From an uncultured delta proteobacterium (GTDB lineage: Bacteria > Myxococcota_A > Polyangia > Fen-1088), in NCBI GenBank assembly GCA_963767925.1, contig CAVYGB010000002.1:1568001-1632000 (forward strand): a DNA stretch of 64,000 nt. Direction: 5' to 3'. The notes under the pieces are model-generated. The model saw only the letters and a program-made list of their open reading frames with translations. It had not been told where the DNA came from and ran no database searches. Of this stretch, positions 42,231-52,727 are shown piece by piece. A program made the position numbers and the translations under genes. The first letter of the stretch is position 1; each line of letters opens with the position of its first letter.

Positions 42231-43691
42231 ATGCCGGCCGAGCTGCCGCCGAGCACGATGGACGGCGACTCCGAGCTGCTGAAGGACAAGGTCCTCTTGC
42301 TGCTGGCGCGCGAGCGCGAGCTGCTGACCTTGCGCCGGCGCCACGCCCGGGTCTCGGCCTGGCTCACGGTGGCCCACAACCTCCCCGAGCTGATCTCGCC
42401 CCGCACCCCGGTGGAGGAGACCTACCGCGCGCTGGCCCAGAAGCTGAAGAGCTTCCTCGAGTTCCAGAAGGTCGTCTTCCTGACCCTGGTCCCCGACCAG
42501 CCCGACCTGCGCCGTCTGATCGAGCAGGAGGGGTTCGGCCTGTGCAACGCGCCCGACAGCCCGGCCCTCATCGACCTGGCCCGGGTGGTCGGCATGCAGC
42601 GGTTCATGTGGTGCCGGCTGGTGACCGGTGCGGGAGCACCGACCACCTTGCTCGTCGCCGGCTACGACCGGGAGAAGGCGCTCTGTTACAGCCCCTTCGA
42701 GGAGGCCGACTTCGGGCACTGGAAGAGCATGGGCCAGCACCTCGGCCTGCTGCTGCGCAACGCCGGCCTCATCAAGCAGCTCGAGCAGGAGAAGGGCCGC
42801 CTGCAGGAGCTGAACGAGACGCTGGAGCACCGGGTGGCCGAGCGGACCGACCAGATCGCCCAGGTCAACCGGGGGCTGAACGAGGCCCTGGCGGCGGTGC
42901 GGGACCGCGAGCGCCGCCTGAAGGACGACCTGATTCAGGCCCGCTCCTTCCAGCAGAGCATCTTGCCGCCGCCCACCTGCGCGCCCCACGTCGAGCTGGC
43001 CTCGCTGTACCGCCCGCTCGAGCAGGTGGGCGGCGACATCTTCGACGTCTGCGAGGTGGGGCCGGCCCACCTGCGGGTCTTCCTGGCCGACGCCGCCGGC
43101 CACGGCGTGCAGGCCTCCTTGCGCACCATCGTGCTCAAGTCGGAGTACGACCGGATCAAGGCCCAGCACGGCTCGCCCGACAGCCTGTTCCAGGAGTTCA
43201 ACCGGCGGCTGGCCGCCCAGTACAGCCCCGGCGAGATGGTCTGCACCGCCTGCTGCTTCGACCTCATCGCCGAGCCGGCGGGGGGCGTCCGGCTCCGCTA
43301 CGTCAACGCCGCCCACCCGGCGCTGATCTGGGCGACCGGCGAGGACATGCGCGAGGTCTACCGGGACGGGCCGTTCCTGGGCCTGCGCCCCGACATCGAC
43401 CTGCAGCTCTGGGAGGGGACCATGGCCGATGGCGACATCCTCTTCGTGTACAGCGACGGGCTGTGTGACCAGTTCGACATCGAACGGCGTGCCTTCCCGT
43501 TGCGCCAGGCGACGGCCGAGGCCCTGCAGGACGCGTTGCCCATGGCGGCGGTGGTCGAGCGGCTCGTGGCGGCGTTCGATCGATTTCGCGGGCCGGTGGC
43601 GGCCACCGACGATCTGACCGTCATCGGGATGCGCGTCGGGATGCGCGTCGGGATGTCGATGTCGGACAAATCCCCACGTCCGGTGTTATAA
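42231..43691 (+). CDS. PP2C/SpoIIE-family phosphatase with GAF-like and coiled-coil N-terminus
   Basis: ARSFQQSILP, VGGDIFD, LADAAGHGV, VNAAHP, YSDGL, DDLT; alternative start 42258. Confidence 0.9.
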   Translation: MPAELPPSTMDGDSELLKDKVLLLLARERELLTLRRRHARVSAWLTVAHNLPELISPRTPVEETYRALAQKLKSFLEFQKVVFLTLVPDQPDLRRLIEQEGFGLCNAPDSPALIDLARVVGMQRFMWCRLVTGAGAPTTLLVAGYDREKALCYSPFEEADFGHWKSMGQHLGLLLRNAGLIKQLEQEKGRLQELNETLEHRVAERTDQIAQVNRGLNEALAAVRDRERRLKDDLIQARSFQQSILPPPTCAPHVELASLYRPLEQVGGDIFDVCEVGPAHLRVFLADAAGHGVQASLRTIVLKSEYDRIKAQHGSPDSLFQEFNRRLAAQYSPGEMVCTACCFDLIAEPAGGVRLRYVNAAHPALIWATGEDMREVYRDGPFLGLRPDIDLQLWEGTMADGDILFVYSDGLCDQFDIERRAFPLRQATAEALQDALPMAAVVERLVAAFDRFRGPVAATDDLTVIGMRVGMRVGMSMSDKSPRPVL

Positions 43692-43705
43692 GAAGCGCCT
43701 CTTTC

Positions 43706-44707
43706 ATGACCGCCCCTTTCGTTCGCGCGTTGCTGCTGTTGACGGCGCTCTCGGGGTCCGCGCTGGCCCAGTCGGCGGCGGACGCCGACAGCCTGATCGA
43801 GCAGGCCAAGGCGCTGCGCGGGGCCGGCGACGACGCCGGGGCCTACGACCTGTACGTGCGGGCCTACGGCATGTCCCGCACGCCCCGCGCCGCCGGGCAG
43901 CTCGCGCTGTGCGAGTTCGAGCTGAACCGCTGGGTCGACTCCGAGCTCCACCTGCAGGAGGCGCTGCGGGCGGCTGACGATCCCTGGGTCAAGCGCAACC
44001 GGGCCATCCTCGTCGAGATGATGTCCAAGGTGAAGCTGCGGCTCGCCCGCGTCGAGGTCATCGGCCGCCCCGAGGGGGCCGAGGTCGAGGTGGCGGGCCG
44101 GGCGGTGGGGCGCCTGCCGCTGCCCGGGTCCTTGCGCGTGCCGGCGGGCGAGGTGTTCGTGCGGGTGGCGGCGCCCGGCCACCGCACCTTGCGCCGCACG
44201 GTGGTCGTGCAGGCCGAGGAGCTGGCCCAGGTGACCGTCGAGCTCGAGCCCGGGCAGAGCGAGACCTCGGCGAGCCCCGAGGTGGGCCCGCCCGAGCAGG
44301 ACCCGCGGCGTCTGGGTCAAGGTGGGAACATGTCGGACCTGGCGACCGGCGCGCGCCCGCTGCCCGGGAGCTGGCAGCGGCAGGTGGGCTGGATCGGCGT
44401 GGGCATGGCCGGGGCGCTGGCGGCGGCCGGCGGGGTGGGCCTCCTCGTCCGCTACAACAAGATCGAGACGTTCAACGACTACCGCAGCCCGACGCGGACT
44501 CAGTGCAACTCCGCGCTGCCCAACCGGGGGGGTGGCCCCTGTCCGGGCCTGCTGGATTCGATCGAGCAGGCCAGCACCCTGTCGCTGGTCAGCTTCGTGG
44601 GGGCCGGGCTGGTGGCCATCGTGTCGGGGATCCTGCTGGTGACCTCCCCCGCCGAGCCGACCGTCGACGCTGCCCGACAGGGCGCCCTGCTGAGCTGGCG
44701 CTTCTGA
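43706..44707 (+). CDS. TPR-like plus PEGA domain exported/membrane protein
   Basis: Signal peptide, helical repeat region, GRPEGAEVEVAG..VAAPGH PEGA motif, C-terminal hydrophobic segments. Confidence 0.8.
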   Translation: MTAPFVRALLLLTALSGSALAQSAADADSLIEQAKALRGAGDDAGAYDLYVRAYGMSRTPRAAGQLALCEFELNRWVDSELHLQEALRAADDPWVKRNRAILVEMMSKVKLRLARVEVIGRPEGAEVEVAGRAVGRLPLPGSLRVPAGEVFVRVAAPGHRTLRRTVVVQAEELAQVTVELEPGQSETSASPEVGPPEQDPRRLGQGGNMSDLATGARPLPGSWQRQVGWIGVGMAGALAAAGGVGLLVRYNKIETFNDYRSPTRTQCNSALPNRGGGPCPGLLDSIEQASTLSLVSFVGAGLVAIVSGILLVTSPAEPTVDAARQGALLSWRF

Positions 44708-44874
44708 GCGGCCGTCGCGGGGACGGTTGAACCAACCGTCGGAGTGACGATAAAGTACCGGCGGGGTCCGAGGGACGTGCCCTGCATGTACTTCGGTGGG
44801 ACAGGCAACGAAGTGGTGAGCCGGCGACAGGTTCCGCCGGGCGGGCCAGGGGCTTGCCCGGAGGTGGTCTCTTG

Positions 44875-46177
<1,303 letters not shown>

Positions 46178-46231
46178 CCGCGACCGCCGGGCGAGCTGGT
46201 ACTTCCGTTCGATGGACCGCTGCCCGTCAAA

Positions 46232-46562
46232 GGTGAGGGGCAATTGCCCGCCGGAGGCCCCTCACCCGGCCCACAGACGCGCCGACCGATCCCCACGGCA
46301 GAACGCGGGGAGAGGCGAAAATCCTGATGCCCTGCCAAAGAGGTGACCTCGCGGCGCCAACCGCATCGTGGCCAGAGGGCATCGTGGCCAGAGGGCATCG
46401 TGGCCAGAGGGCATCGTGGCCAGAGGGCATCGTGGCCAGAGGGCATCGTGGCCAGAGGGCATCGTGTGGCTGGCCGACTTACGTTTCCGTTCGACCCCCC
46501 GCCGCCTGTTTGCCCTCGCCCCGCGGCCGTCCGCGGCCGTGGGGAGAGGGAAGGGTGAGGGG
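46232..46562. repeat. BoxC/REP-like elements enclosing a 16-bp tandem array (6.5 units)
   Basis: 46232-46315 resembles the reverse complement of 14596-14682; 46508-46562 resembles that of 14673-14721; GCATCGTGGCCAGAGG repeated at 46363-46466. Confidence 0.9.
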
Positions 46563-46776
46563 CGGTCGCTCCATCGCTGACCAGCGCGGCGCGTGCGCGA
46601 GCACCTGACACATTCCGGGACAGGTGGCGTTGCGGCGTTGCACGCGTACTGCGCCGAGAACGCTTTGTTGTGCGGCGGGTCTCGTGTCCTGCTCGTTTTT
46701 GCGATCAATCCCGCTCAATCGCGTTGGTGGCTTCCGCGCGGGGCCAGTAGGGTGGGGCGCAGGAACCACGCCCGCC

Positions 46777-48156
46777 ATGATCAAACCTCCCCCGAACGTT
46801 TCGTCTCGCGCTCTCGCCACCCGGCTGGCCGCGGTCGCCCTCGCGGTGGCCGGCCTGGCCGCCTGCCCGGGCGCCCGGGACGAGTCCGTGCCCGATCCAC
46901 CCATCGAACCCCCGCCGGCGGGCAATGGCGGCAGCGGCGGCACCGGCGCGATCGCCGGGCCGGTCGGAGGTGGTGGAGGTGGCAGCGGCGGCACGGGGGG
47001 CACCACCGCGGCGGATGGCCCCGCGCCCGCGGAGCCCACCCCGCCCGGTCCGGCCGGCGCCTGTCCGGATGGCTTTCACCGCTGCGGCGAGACCTGCGCC
47101 AGCAACAACTCGCTCACCACCTGCGGGTCGGGCTGCGAGCCGTGCCCCACCATCGCCGACGGCGTCGCCACCTGCGACGGCACCCGCTGCGGGATCTCCT
47201 GCCCGGCCGATCGCCGACCCTGCCTCGACCGGTGCATCTCCGCCAGCCAGCCCTGCGACTCCTCCTGTCCGCCGGGGCGCAACCCCTGCAACGGGATCTG
47301 CGTCGAGCCCACCAGCGTCACCGCCTGCGGCACCGCCTGCACCGCCTGCCCGATGTCCCCCAACGGCAAGACCTCCTGCGACGGCCTCACCTGCGCGCTG
47401 GCCTGCAACGACGGGCACTACCTGTGCGAGCCGACCGGATCGTGCAACCCCTTCGCCCAGGCCTGCCGGCGCGGCGAGGTCGACACCTGCGCCCCGGGCT
47501 ACCGCCTGTGTGGCAGCAAGTGCCTGGTCGAGACCGCCTGCTGCACCGAGGGCCAGGAGGGCTGCTCCGAGTGCCAGACCTGCTCGGGCACCCCCGGCCG
47601 GTGCATGAACCGGCCCGACGGGGCCGGCTGCGGCAGCGATCGCGCCTGCCGCAGCGGGGCCTGCGTCTCCTGTCGCACCAGCGGGAGCTGCGGGGCCAGC
47701 AACGCCTGCCGGACCGGTCAATACCAGTGCAGCGCCGGCGTGGAGAGCTGCCGGGAGAGCAACCAGGCCAACGGGACCCGCTGCGGCGGCCAGAACGCCT
47801 GCTTCAACGGGGCCTGCCGGCAGTGCCGGGACAGCGGGGAATGCAGCGACAACCCCTGCGTGAGCTCCTCCTGGCAATGCAGCAACGGGGTCGAGCGCTG
47901 TGTGGAGATGGGCTCGCGACGGGGGGGCCAGCGGGCCTGCCCCAGCCGCGACGACGTCTGCATCCGCGGCCGCTGCACCCGCTGCCGCAACAGCGGCTCG
48001 TGCACCTTCGAGTTCGAGCCGGAGTGCAAGGCGGCCACCTGGCAGTGCTTCGGAGAGGACGGGGGCGAGCAGTGCACCTTCGCCGGAAATCGCCCGCAGG
48101 GGACCTCCTGCTCCGGGGGTCAGTGCGACAACTTCGGGCTCTGCGTGCGGCCGTGA
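46777..48156 (+). CDS. cysteine-rich repeat lipoprotein
   Basis: Lipobox LAAC, Gly/Pro linker, dense Cys repeats. Confidence 0.85.
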   Translation: MIKPPPNVSSRALATRLAAVALAVAGLAACPGARDESVPDPPIEPPPAGNGGSGGTGAIAGPVGGGGGGSGGTGGTTAADGPAPAEPTPPGPAGACPDGFHRCGETCASNNSLTTCGSGCEPCPTIADGVATCDGTRCGISCPADRRPCLDRCISASQPCDSSCPPGRNPCNGICVEPTSVTACGTACTACPMSPNGKTSCDGLTCALACNDGHYLCEPTGSCNPFAQACRRGEVDTCAPGYRLCGSKCLVETACCTEGQEGCSECQTCSGTPGRCMNRPDGAGCGSDRACRSGACVSCRTSGSCGASNACRTGQYQCSAGVESCRESNQANGTRCGGQNACFNGACRQCRDSGECSDNPCVSSSWQCSNGVERCVEMGSRRGGQRACPSRDDVCIRGRCTRCRNSGSCTFEFEPECKAATWQCFGEDGGEQCTFAGNRPQGTSCSGGQCDNFGLCVRP

Positions 48157-48171
48157 CGCTTCCCGGGTCGC

Positions 48172-48188
48172 TGTCACCAAACGTGACA
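48172..48188. promoter_or_regulatory. operator-like palindrome
   Basis: TGTCAC-N5-GTGACA in an AT-richer intergenic region upstream of the second Cys-rich gene. Confidence 0.3.
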
Positions 48189-48351
48189 ACCAGAAACGGA
48201 GCGCGCGGTATTTGCCAATCCGATTGCCGCTGTTGCGCTTGTCACGGTCGCCCATTGGCGATATCTGCGCAATCCAATCTGGAATAATAGGTGACGGACG
48301 AGGGCGCGCTATTGCAGACCGGATGAAGCGCGTGTTATTCGCCGATCCATC

Positions 48352-50193
48352 ATGGTGTCATATTGGAGGGGTATTCGAGCGATTTTGATCACCTCGACCG
48401 GGCTACGCGGGGCGGTCGCCGTCCTCGCCCTGTCGCTGGCCACGGGCTGCTTGCAGGCCCGGGAGGTCGATCCGCAGCGGCCGGTGACCATCGACGCGCG
48501 GCCAGCGGCCACGCCGGACGCCGCCACGCCGGACGCCGTCGTCGAGCCGGACGGTCCGCCCCGTCCGGAGTGTGTCGAGGGCTCGACCGTGTCGAGCGAG
48601 CAGTGCAGCGCCGGCCTGGCCTGTAACGCGGGCAAGTGCCTGCCCTGCGTGGCGGGCGAGAGCTGCACGCCCGAGGATCGCTGCCACAAGGGGACCCGCG
48701 AATGTGGGGCCGCCATCCGCTGCGTCGACACCGGGGCGCTCGCCGATCCCGGGACGACCTGCGGGGACAACCTGGTCTGCTCCGCCGAGGGCAAGTGCGC
48801 GGCCTGCACGGTGGGCGAGGCCTGCACGCCGACCGACCTGTGCAAGGCCGGCAAGATCGAATGCAAGACCGGGGCGCCCGTCTGCGCCCCCGTGGCCGAC
48901 GCCCCCAACGGCAGCGCCTGCGGCGAAGGTCAGGTCTGCAGCGCGGGGGCCTGCGTGGCCTGCCGCGACGGCATGACCTGCGTGCCCACCAACAAGTGCC
49001 ACACCGGCAGCCTCTCCTGCAGCACCGGCACCCCCCAGTGCATGGACGTCGGCAGCAACCTCGCCAACGGCACCTCCTGCGGCGAGGGTCAGGTCTGCCG
49101 CGACGGCGACTGCACCGCCTGCCTGGAGAAGATGCCCTGCTCGCCCCCCGACGCGCCCTGCAAGGCGGGCGAGATCCGCTGCGCCAGCGGCTCGCCGGTC
49201 TGCGTGGCCACCGCCACCAACGCCCCCGACGGCAAGGAATGTGGGGCCGAGCAGGCCTGCCGGGGCGGCATGTGCCGGCAGTGCCGCACCACTGGCACCT
49301 GCGGCAACAACCCCTGCAAGGACTCGACCTACGCCTGCCAGAACGGGGTCGAGAGCTGCCGCGAGACGAACAAGGCCAACGGCACCCTCTGCCCGGGCAA
49401 CGACAACGCCTGCCTCAACGGAAGCTGCCAGCGCTGCCGCACGAGCGGCGAGTGCGACAACAACGACTGCCGGAGCTCCAGCTACCGCTGCGAGGGCGGC
49501 CGCGAGTCCTGCCAGAACACTGGCAACGCGCGGGACGGCACCGGCTGCGGCAACCAGCAGGCCTGCCGGGGCGGCTCCTGCCAGCAGTGCCGCAACTCCG
49601 GCGAGTGCACCCCCGATGGCAACAACGACGAGCGCTGCCTGGTCGGCCGGCGCCAGTGCGGCAGCGACGGCGTCGAGCGCTGCGTGCCGAACGAGAACCG
49701 CGCCTCCCGGGCGCCCGGGTTCGACTGCGGTGGCGGCCGGGTCTGCGCCCGCAAGGCCAACGAGGACCGCACCCTGACCTGCCGGACCCGCCTGCCCGAC
49801 AGCGCCACCAGCTCCTGCCAGCAGGGCCGCGAGCGCACCCGCGAGTGCGCCAGCAACTACTGCAACGAGAACAGCCAGTGCGACCAGTGCGGCCGCGATC
49901 CCTTCGAGTGCTGCCCCGACGGCTCCAACAACGGCTGCGACGGCAACCACTTCTGCAACGAGGCCCAGAACTGCCAGCCGAAGCTCGGCTCCGGCGAGCC
50001 CTGCGAGCAGGGCTCCCAGTGCCGCAGCGGAACCTGCGCCGTCCCCCCCGCCCCCAACGGCGTCTGCAGCAACGACCGCTCCATCAAATGCACCCCCGGC
50101 CGCTCCAACGGCCCCTGCCCCATGCCCGATCCCCTGAACCCCCCCAACTGCGTCGACGCCCCCGACCCCAACGAACCCCCGTCCTGCCGCTAG
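48352..50193 (+). CDS. cysteine-rich repeat lipoprotein
   Basis: Lipobox ATGC; multiple roughly 45-aa six-Cys repeats (NG..CG..Q.C..G.C..C); start approximate. Confidence 0.85.
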   Translation: MVSYWRGIRAILITSTGLRGAVAVLALSLATGCLQAREVDPQRPVTIDARPAATPDAATPDAVVEPDGPPRPECVEGSTVSSEQCSAGLACNAGKCLPCVAGESCTPEDRCHKGTRECGAAIRCVDTGALADPGTTCGDNLVCSAEGKCAACTVGEACTPTDLCKAGKIECKTGAPVCAPVADAPNGSACGEGQVCSAGACVACRDGMTCVPTNKCHTGSLSCSTGTPQCMDVGSNLANGTSCGEGQVCRDGDCTACLEKMPCSPPDAPCKAGEIRCASGSPVCVATATNAPDGKECGAEQACRGGMCRQCRTTGTCGNNPCKDSTYACQNGVESCRETNKANGTLCPGNDNACLNGSCQRCRTSGECDNNDCRSSSYRCEGGRESCQNTGNARDGTGCGNQQACRGGSCQQCRNSGECTPDGNNDERCLVGRRQCGSDGVERCVPNENRASRAPGFDCGGGRVCARKANEDRTLTCRTRLPDSATSSCQQGRERTRECASNYCNENSQCDQCGRDPFECCPDGSNNGCDGNHFCNEAQNCQPKLGSGEPCEQGSQCRSGTCAVPPAPNGVCSNDRSIKCTPGRSNGPCPMPDPLNPPNCVDAPDPNEPPSCR

Positions 50194-50228
50194 AGCGTCG
50201 AAGCGCCCTGGACCGCAGCCGCCCCGGA

Positions 50229-50487
50229 CCCCTCACCCCTCCCTCTCCCCGCTACCGCGGGGCGAGGGCGAACGACTGCGGGTTGCCAGGATCACCGCCC
50301 GGGCGGGGATCCAGGGTGGATTGTGAGGTTCCCGGGCGGGGATCCAGGGTGGATTGTGAGGTTCCCGGGCGGGGATCCAGGGTGGATTGCGGATCTCCGA
50401 CGCGAGCGTCGCTCGGGAGAGAATCGTGGCACCTTCGCGATCGTTCGCCCTCGCCCCGCGGCAGCGGGGAGAGGGAGGGGTGAGGGG
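50229..50487. repeat. inverted BoxC/REP-like pair enclosing a 33-bp tandem repeat (about 2.8 units)
   Basis: Elements at 50229-50273 and 50443-50487; CCCGGGCGGGGATCCAGGGTGGATTGTGAGGTT starts at 50298, 50331 and 50364 (partial). Confidence 0.92.
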
Positions 50488-50548
50488 TTTCCGGGGATTT
50501 GAGGCTCCCGAGTAACACGTCTCTCGGACGCGCCGATAAGAGCGGGCG

Positions 50549-50908
50549 ATGGAGGTCCCGCTCGCTCGACGCCGACGGCTTCGCCGCCAATCGACCGACG
50601 CTGAGAATGCTCTTTGGCGTCACCTGCGCGGCCGCCGATTTGTCGGTTTCAAGTTTCGCCGACAACACCCATGCGGGCCCTTCATCCTCGACTTCTTCTG
50701 CGCCCGGTCTCTTGTCGCCATCGAGCTCGACGGGGGCCAGCACTTCGAGCCGGAGGCGCAGGCCTACGACGCTCGACGCACCCGCTACCTCGCCGACAGG
50801 GGCATCACGATCGTGCGCTTCGGCGCGGATCTCGTGTTTCGCGAACCCGAGTCGATCCTGATGACCATCGCCGCCGCGCTTGGCGCCTGGGAGGCCTCAC
50901 CCTACTGA
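50549..50908 (+). CDS. DUF559 (YcjD/Vsr-like, restriction-endonuclease fold) endonuclease
   Basis: LRRQSTDAENALWRHLR..KFRRQHP.GPFILDFFC..AIELDGGQH..YDARRT.YL..G..IVRF. Confidence 0.92.
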   Translation: MEVPLARRRRLRRQSTDAENALWRHLRGRRFVGFKFRRQHPCGPFILDFFCARSLVAIELDGGQHFEPEAQAYDARRTRYLADRGITIVRFGADLVFREPESILMTIAAALGAWEASPY

Positions 50909-50933
50909 GCGCACGGATCGGCTCGCCCGGAGA

Positions 50934-51217
50934 CCCCTCACCCCACCCTCTCCCCGCTGCCGCGGGGCGAGGGCGAACGAGTGGTGGAGATGGCTCGTTC
51001 ATCTTGCAGGCGGGCGATGCTGCAAGTGGTGGAGATGGCTCGTTCATCTTGCAGGCGGGCGATGCTGCAAGTGGTGGAGATGGCTCGTTCATCTTGCAGG
51101 CGGGCGATGCTGCAAGTGGTGGAGATGGCTCGTTCATCTTGCAGGCGGGCGATGCTGCAAGTGGTGGAGATGGCTCGTCATCTTGCTGGCGGGCGATCCT
51201 CAGGGAGGGGTGAGGGG
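50934..51217. repeat. BoxC/REP-like element, 45-bp tandem array (4 perfect plus 1 degenerate), hairpin-less inverted remnant
   Basis: Element 50934-50978; AGTGGTGGAGATGGCTCGTTCATCTTGCAGGCGGGCGATGCTGCA at 50980, 51025, 51070, 51115 and (degenerate) 51160; remnant GGGAGGGGTGAGGGG at 51203-51217. Confidence 0.92.
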
Positions 51218-51233
51218 CTCCCGGGGCGGGGGG

Positions 51234-52727
51234 TCAGGGGTCGAGTTTCCAGAGGCGGTCGCCGAGGGCGTAGAGGGCGTCGGGGGCGAGGTCGAGGTTG
51301 AGGACGGAGCCGTCGAGGGGGATCGAGCGGACGTGGGCCCCGGTGTTGGAGTCGTATTTGACCACCACCGCGCGCGCCTGGAAGGTCACCCCCTCGACAA
51401 CCAGCTCACCGGGTGAGGCCAGCGCGAGATAGACCGCGTCGCCGGTCGCCAGCAGGGCGCTGCAGCTCACCCCCAGCGGCGCGCTGATCGAGTTGCCCCA
51501 GATGACGCTGCCGTTGGCGGCGGCCAGCTTGGCCACGAACAGGGCGTTGGCGCCCCCGTTCCGGAAGACCTGGGTCAGGAGCTGGAGCTGGCCGGTGAAG
51601 TTCCCGGCCACCAGCAGATCGCCGCCCGGGTTGGTTGTCGTCCGCTCGATGCGCGCGCCCTTGTCGGCCGGGGAGGTCTGGGCCCAGACGACCGAGCGGT
51701 CGGCCCGCCACCGCGCCACCACCCAGTCTCCCGTCGTCGAGCTCAAGGTCCGGTCCCCCAGCCGCAGCGCCCCCACGAACTGTCCCCCGATGGCCCAGCC
51801 TCCGTCGGCCAGCGAGACGGCGTCCGCGACAAGGAACGGCCGGGCGAGCTGGGTGTTGGGGAGCGCCACCCCCCGGGCATCGAGCATCTCCAGGCCGCCG
51901 TTGTTGGCGCTCATGACCAGGAACCGGGTGCCGAAGTTCCACAGGACGTCGACGTTGGAGCGGTCGACCGCCGCCAGGACCTCCCCCGCGGCGCTCAGCC
52001 GCGCCAGCTTGGCCGTGCGGGGTCCGGTCGTCGCGCTGCCGATGAAGCCGGCGGCGTTGATCTCCCCTTCCACCCGGGAGATGGCGCCGAAGCTGACGCT
52101 GCCGGACGGGTAGGCCTTCAGCTCCTGCACCTTGCCGTCGGCTCCCAGCCGGGCGAGGAAGGGCGTGGTCGCGGCCCCGCCGTCGAAGGATCGGTCCCCG
52201 ATGGTGGCCACCCCGAAGGCGGCGCCGCCCACCAGCACGCCGTCGGGCAGGGCCATCAAGGCCGTGCTCCGGGGGACGCTCTGGGCCCACTGGACGCCCC
52301 GTAGATCGAAGCGCGCCACCACCGAGCGGGCGGCGTCCATGACAACGGTGCACGCGCCCTGGCCGCTGCAGTCGCCCGACCAGCCCCCGAAGACCGCGGG
52401 CGGCGTGGCCCGCGCGGTGAACGACACGGTCTGGCCGCGCGGGTGGGTCGCCGAGCAGCGCCCGGCGCACATTCCGCCGGGCTGGGCGATCACCGCCCCT
52501 GCGCCCGTGCCCTCGGTCGCGACGGAGAGGAGGAAGGGCCCGGCCGGCCCGCCCCCGCCGTCGGGCAACACCGGCTCCGGGCCGCCGCCATCGGGACCGC
52601 GGGCGGAGATGAGCTGTCCGGCGTCGCTGCCCCCGCCCCTGCCCCCGTCGTCCAGCTCACTCGCGTCATACCGGGGGGCGTTGCACCCGAGCACCGCGGC
52701 GGCAGCCAGCAGCCCGCCCGCCGCCAT
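51234..52727 (-). CDS. lipoprotein with InlB-B-like repeat and probable beta-propeller
   Basis: Lipobox VLGC; GTGAGAV..VSFTARA..FGGWSGDC..C.V.M..RSVVARF; propeller-like repeats (FLARL, FVAKL..G.VIW). Confidence 0.75.
   Translation of the reverse strand: MAAGGLLAAAAVLGCNAPRYDASELDDGGRGGGSDAGQLISARGPDGGGPEPVLPDGGGGPAGPFLLSVATEGTGAGAVIAQPGGMCAGRCSATHPRGQTVSFTARATPPAVFGGWSGDCSGQGACTVVMDAARSVVARFDLRGVQWAQSVPRSTALMALPDGVLVGGAAFGVATIGDRSFDGGAATTPFLARLGADGKVQELKAYPSGSVSFGAISRVEGEINAAGFIGSATTGPRTAKLARLSAAGEVLAAVDRSNVDVLWNFGTRFLVMSANNGGLEMLDARGVALPNTQLARPFLVADAVSLADGGWAIGGQFVGALRLGDRTLSSTTGDWVVARWRADRSVVWAQTSPADKGARIERTTTNPGGDLLVAGNFTGQLQLLTQVFRNGGANALFVAKLAAANGSVIWGNSISAPLGVSCSALLATGDAVYLALASPGELVVEGVTFQARAVVVKYDSNTGAHVRSIPLDGSVLNLDLAPDALYALGDRLWKLDP

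Noticed and set aside
44722..44740. GACGGTTG-AAC-CAACCGTC as a terminator or operator
   Set aside because: 8-bp stem without a U-tract and no second copy; no function can be assigned.
48256..48272. Sigma54 promoter TGGCGATATCTGCGCA
   Set aside because: GG-N10-GC spacing fits, but the -12 context matches poorly.
50980..51202. CRISPR array next to a nuclease
   Set aside because: Perfect head-to-tail 45-mers without spacers; the neighbour is DUF559, not a Cas protein.
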